From positions 1 to 29,638 of the forward strand of contig JBILDU010000032.1 in assembly GCA_044352465.1 (NCBI GenBank): 29,638 nt of DNA. Direction: 5' to 3'. Below, in pieces: positions 28,623 through 29,638 of the stretch (positions are counted from its first letter, which is position 1; the number at the start of each line of letters is the position of its first letter). Under the pieces are notes generated by a model. It did no database searches. It saw only the letters and a list, made by a program, of their open reading frames with translations, and was not told the DNA's origin. Position numbers and translations under genes: made by a program. This stretch comes from Bdellovibrionota bacterium (GTDB lineage: Bacteria > Bdellovibrionota_C > UBA2361).

Positions 28623-28628
28623 TTATTT

Positions 28629-28898
28629 ATGGCATCGAAGCACCTCAAAACGTTGCAGGCGGTCTTCGATACACCGGTTCGCTCGAGCATTCAGTGGAGG
28701 GACATCGAGAAGATGCTTCTTGCTCTTGGGGCTGAGATTTCGGAGGGGGGCGGTTCCAGAGTTCGAATAGCTCTCAACGAAGTCCGTGCGGTCTTCCACC
28801 GACCGCACCCACGAAAGGAGACGGATAAGGGTGCTGTTGTTTCGATGAGGCGATTTTTAATGGCTGCGGGAGTTACGCCAGAGGAGGACAGCCTATGA
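28629..28898 (+). CDS. hicA: HicA-family toxin (mRNA interferase)
   Basis: IQWRDIEKMLLALGAEISEGGGSRV and FHRPHP. ATGA overlap with hicB. Confidence 0.93.
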   Translation: MASKHLKTLQAVFDTPVRSSIQWRDIEKMLLALGAEISEGGGSRVRIALNEVRAVFHRPHPRKETDKGAVVSMRRFLMAAGVTPEEDSL

Positions 28899-29206
28899 AG
28901 TACAAAGGTTATGAGGCAGTTGTATCCTTTGATGAAGACGCAGAGATTTTTCACGGTGAGGTCATTAACACCAAAGACGTGATCACGTTTCAGGGAAAGG
29001 CGGTCGATGAGCTTAAAAGAGCTTTTCGCGAATCGGTAAAAGATTATCTCGCATTCTGTAAAGCGAGGGGCGAAAAGCCGGAGAAACCCTTCTCTGGGAC
29101 GATTTTGATCCGCATCGATCCATCGCTACACCGAAAACTCTCCACTGCTGCAAAAAAGAGAAAGCTCAGCCTTAATGCCCTTATTCAAGAGCGACTTGCG
29201 GGGTGA
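28895..29206 (+). CDS. hicB: HicB-family antitoxin with C-terminal ribbon-helix-helix
   Basis: MKYKGY, FHGEV...DVITFQG..VDEL..AFRESV.DYL and PEKPFSG...RIDPSLH...SLN. GAGGA RBS. Confidence 0.95.
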   Translation: MKYKGYEAVVSFDEDAEIFHGEVINTKDVITFQGKAVDELKRAFRESVKDYLAFCKARGEKPEKPFSGTILIRIDPSLHRKLSTAAKKRKLSLNALIQERLAG

Positions 29207-29220
29207 GTGAGGAAGGGAAG

Positions 29221-29254
29221 AAAAGCGCCCGCACCACTCATCCAGTGGTGCGGG
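29221..29254 (-). terminator. Intrinsic terminator of HEAT remnant copy 2
   Basis: Perfect 11-bp stem CCCGCACCACT 29228-29238 / AGTGGTGCGGG 29244-29254, followed on the minus strand by CGCTTTTCTT. Confidence 0.75.
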
Positions 29255-29266
29255 GGGGAAGGAAAG

Positions 29267-29464
29267 TTAATTTCCTTCGAGCTTTTCAATCGCCTCGATC
29301 AGTTCGGTTCGGACGTAGCCTTCTTGCTCCCCATTAAGCTGCTCTTTAAGGGGAGTAATAGCGCTCTTGTCACTGTTCTCCCCCAGAGCCCAGGCCGCCC
29401 TCCGCCGAACCCACTTATCCTCATCCTTCAGCGCCTCGATGAGCGCAGGCACGACGCTGTCCGG
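29267..29464 (-). pseudogene. HEAT/PBS-lyase repeat gene remnant (3' end), copy 2
   Basis: PDSVVPALIEALKDEDKWVRRRAAWALGE...AITPL...LEGN*. In-frame TAG at 29486-29488; no RBS before GTG 29452. Confidence 0.7.
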
Positions 29465-29509
29465 CTGGCGTGAGGTTTGGTTGCGCTAATCAGGGACAGC
29501 AGGCCAAGG

Positions 29510-29638
29510 TTATGGTGATCCGCTGACCAAAACGTTAAGCACAAGCAGAATAAGGGCAGGGAGCATCTGAAACAGATTGTCCCCGATGCGAAAGCGCACG
29601 AGGACCCCGAACACCATCAGCAGAGCTAAGCTTGCGGC
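29510..29638 (-). CDS. DoxX-like membrane protein, C-terminal part (runs off the window)
   Basis: Not in the ORF track. My minus-strand translation is AASLALLMVFGVLVRFRIGDNLFQMLPALILLVLNVLVSGSP*, matching the DoxX-like LxLLM...VRxRIxD...PA ending. Confidence 0.7.
   Translation of the reverse strand, partial: AASLALLMVFGVLVRFRIGDNLFQMLPALILLVLNVLVSGSP

Noticed and set aside
26733..29464. HEAT proteins as effectors of the type IV coupling protein
   Set aside because: They lie 24 kb away, are only fragments, and an acidic C-terminus in one copy is not enough evidence.
29450..29515. Possible integron attC after the DoxX-like gene (CCATAAC over the stop; GCTGTCC/GGACAGC stem)
   Set aside because: No complementary GTTRRRY box at the far end, no repeated attC-like sites between the other genes, and no integrase in the window.
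1..29638. tRNA, rRNA, CRISPR array, transposase or integrase
   Set aside because: No such signatures recognised on reading. A covariance-model or HMM scan would be needed to exclude divergent cases.

Overview
GC-rich chromosomal-looking window from a diderm bacterium (it encodes a TolC-family channel). In order: (1) the end of an operon with a truncated ORF weakly resembling the DotM/IcmP C-terminus and a TraD/DotL-type type IV coupling ATPase with a Pro-rich tail, then an AT-rich spacer packed with inverted repeats and a 161-aa ORF that aligns by eye with Whirly ssDNA-binding proteins; (2) SrkA/RdoA kinase; (3) a CzcCBA-like heavy-metal RND operon whose adaptor seems to lack the alpha-hairpin and carries an extra domain and a His-rich tail; (4) a 1856-aa secreted adhesin-like protein with about 8 isopeptide-type (DUF11) domains and an unrecognised, internally duplicated, Cys-rich basic C-terminal domain; (5) a YdcZ-type DMT transporter, ileS (type 2) with fadJ, a CgeB-like glycosyltransferase, a DUF3300 lipoprotein, an M50-like membrane protein and a small secreted protein; (6) a mosaic region in which two related HEAT-repeat gene 3' ends, each with the same terminator, flank a PrdX-type deacylase, a HAF-repeat gene remnant and hicAB. 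A DoxX-like gene runs off the right edge. I recognised no tRNA, rRNA, CRISPR array, integrase or transposase. All family calls come from motif recognition by eye, not database searches.
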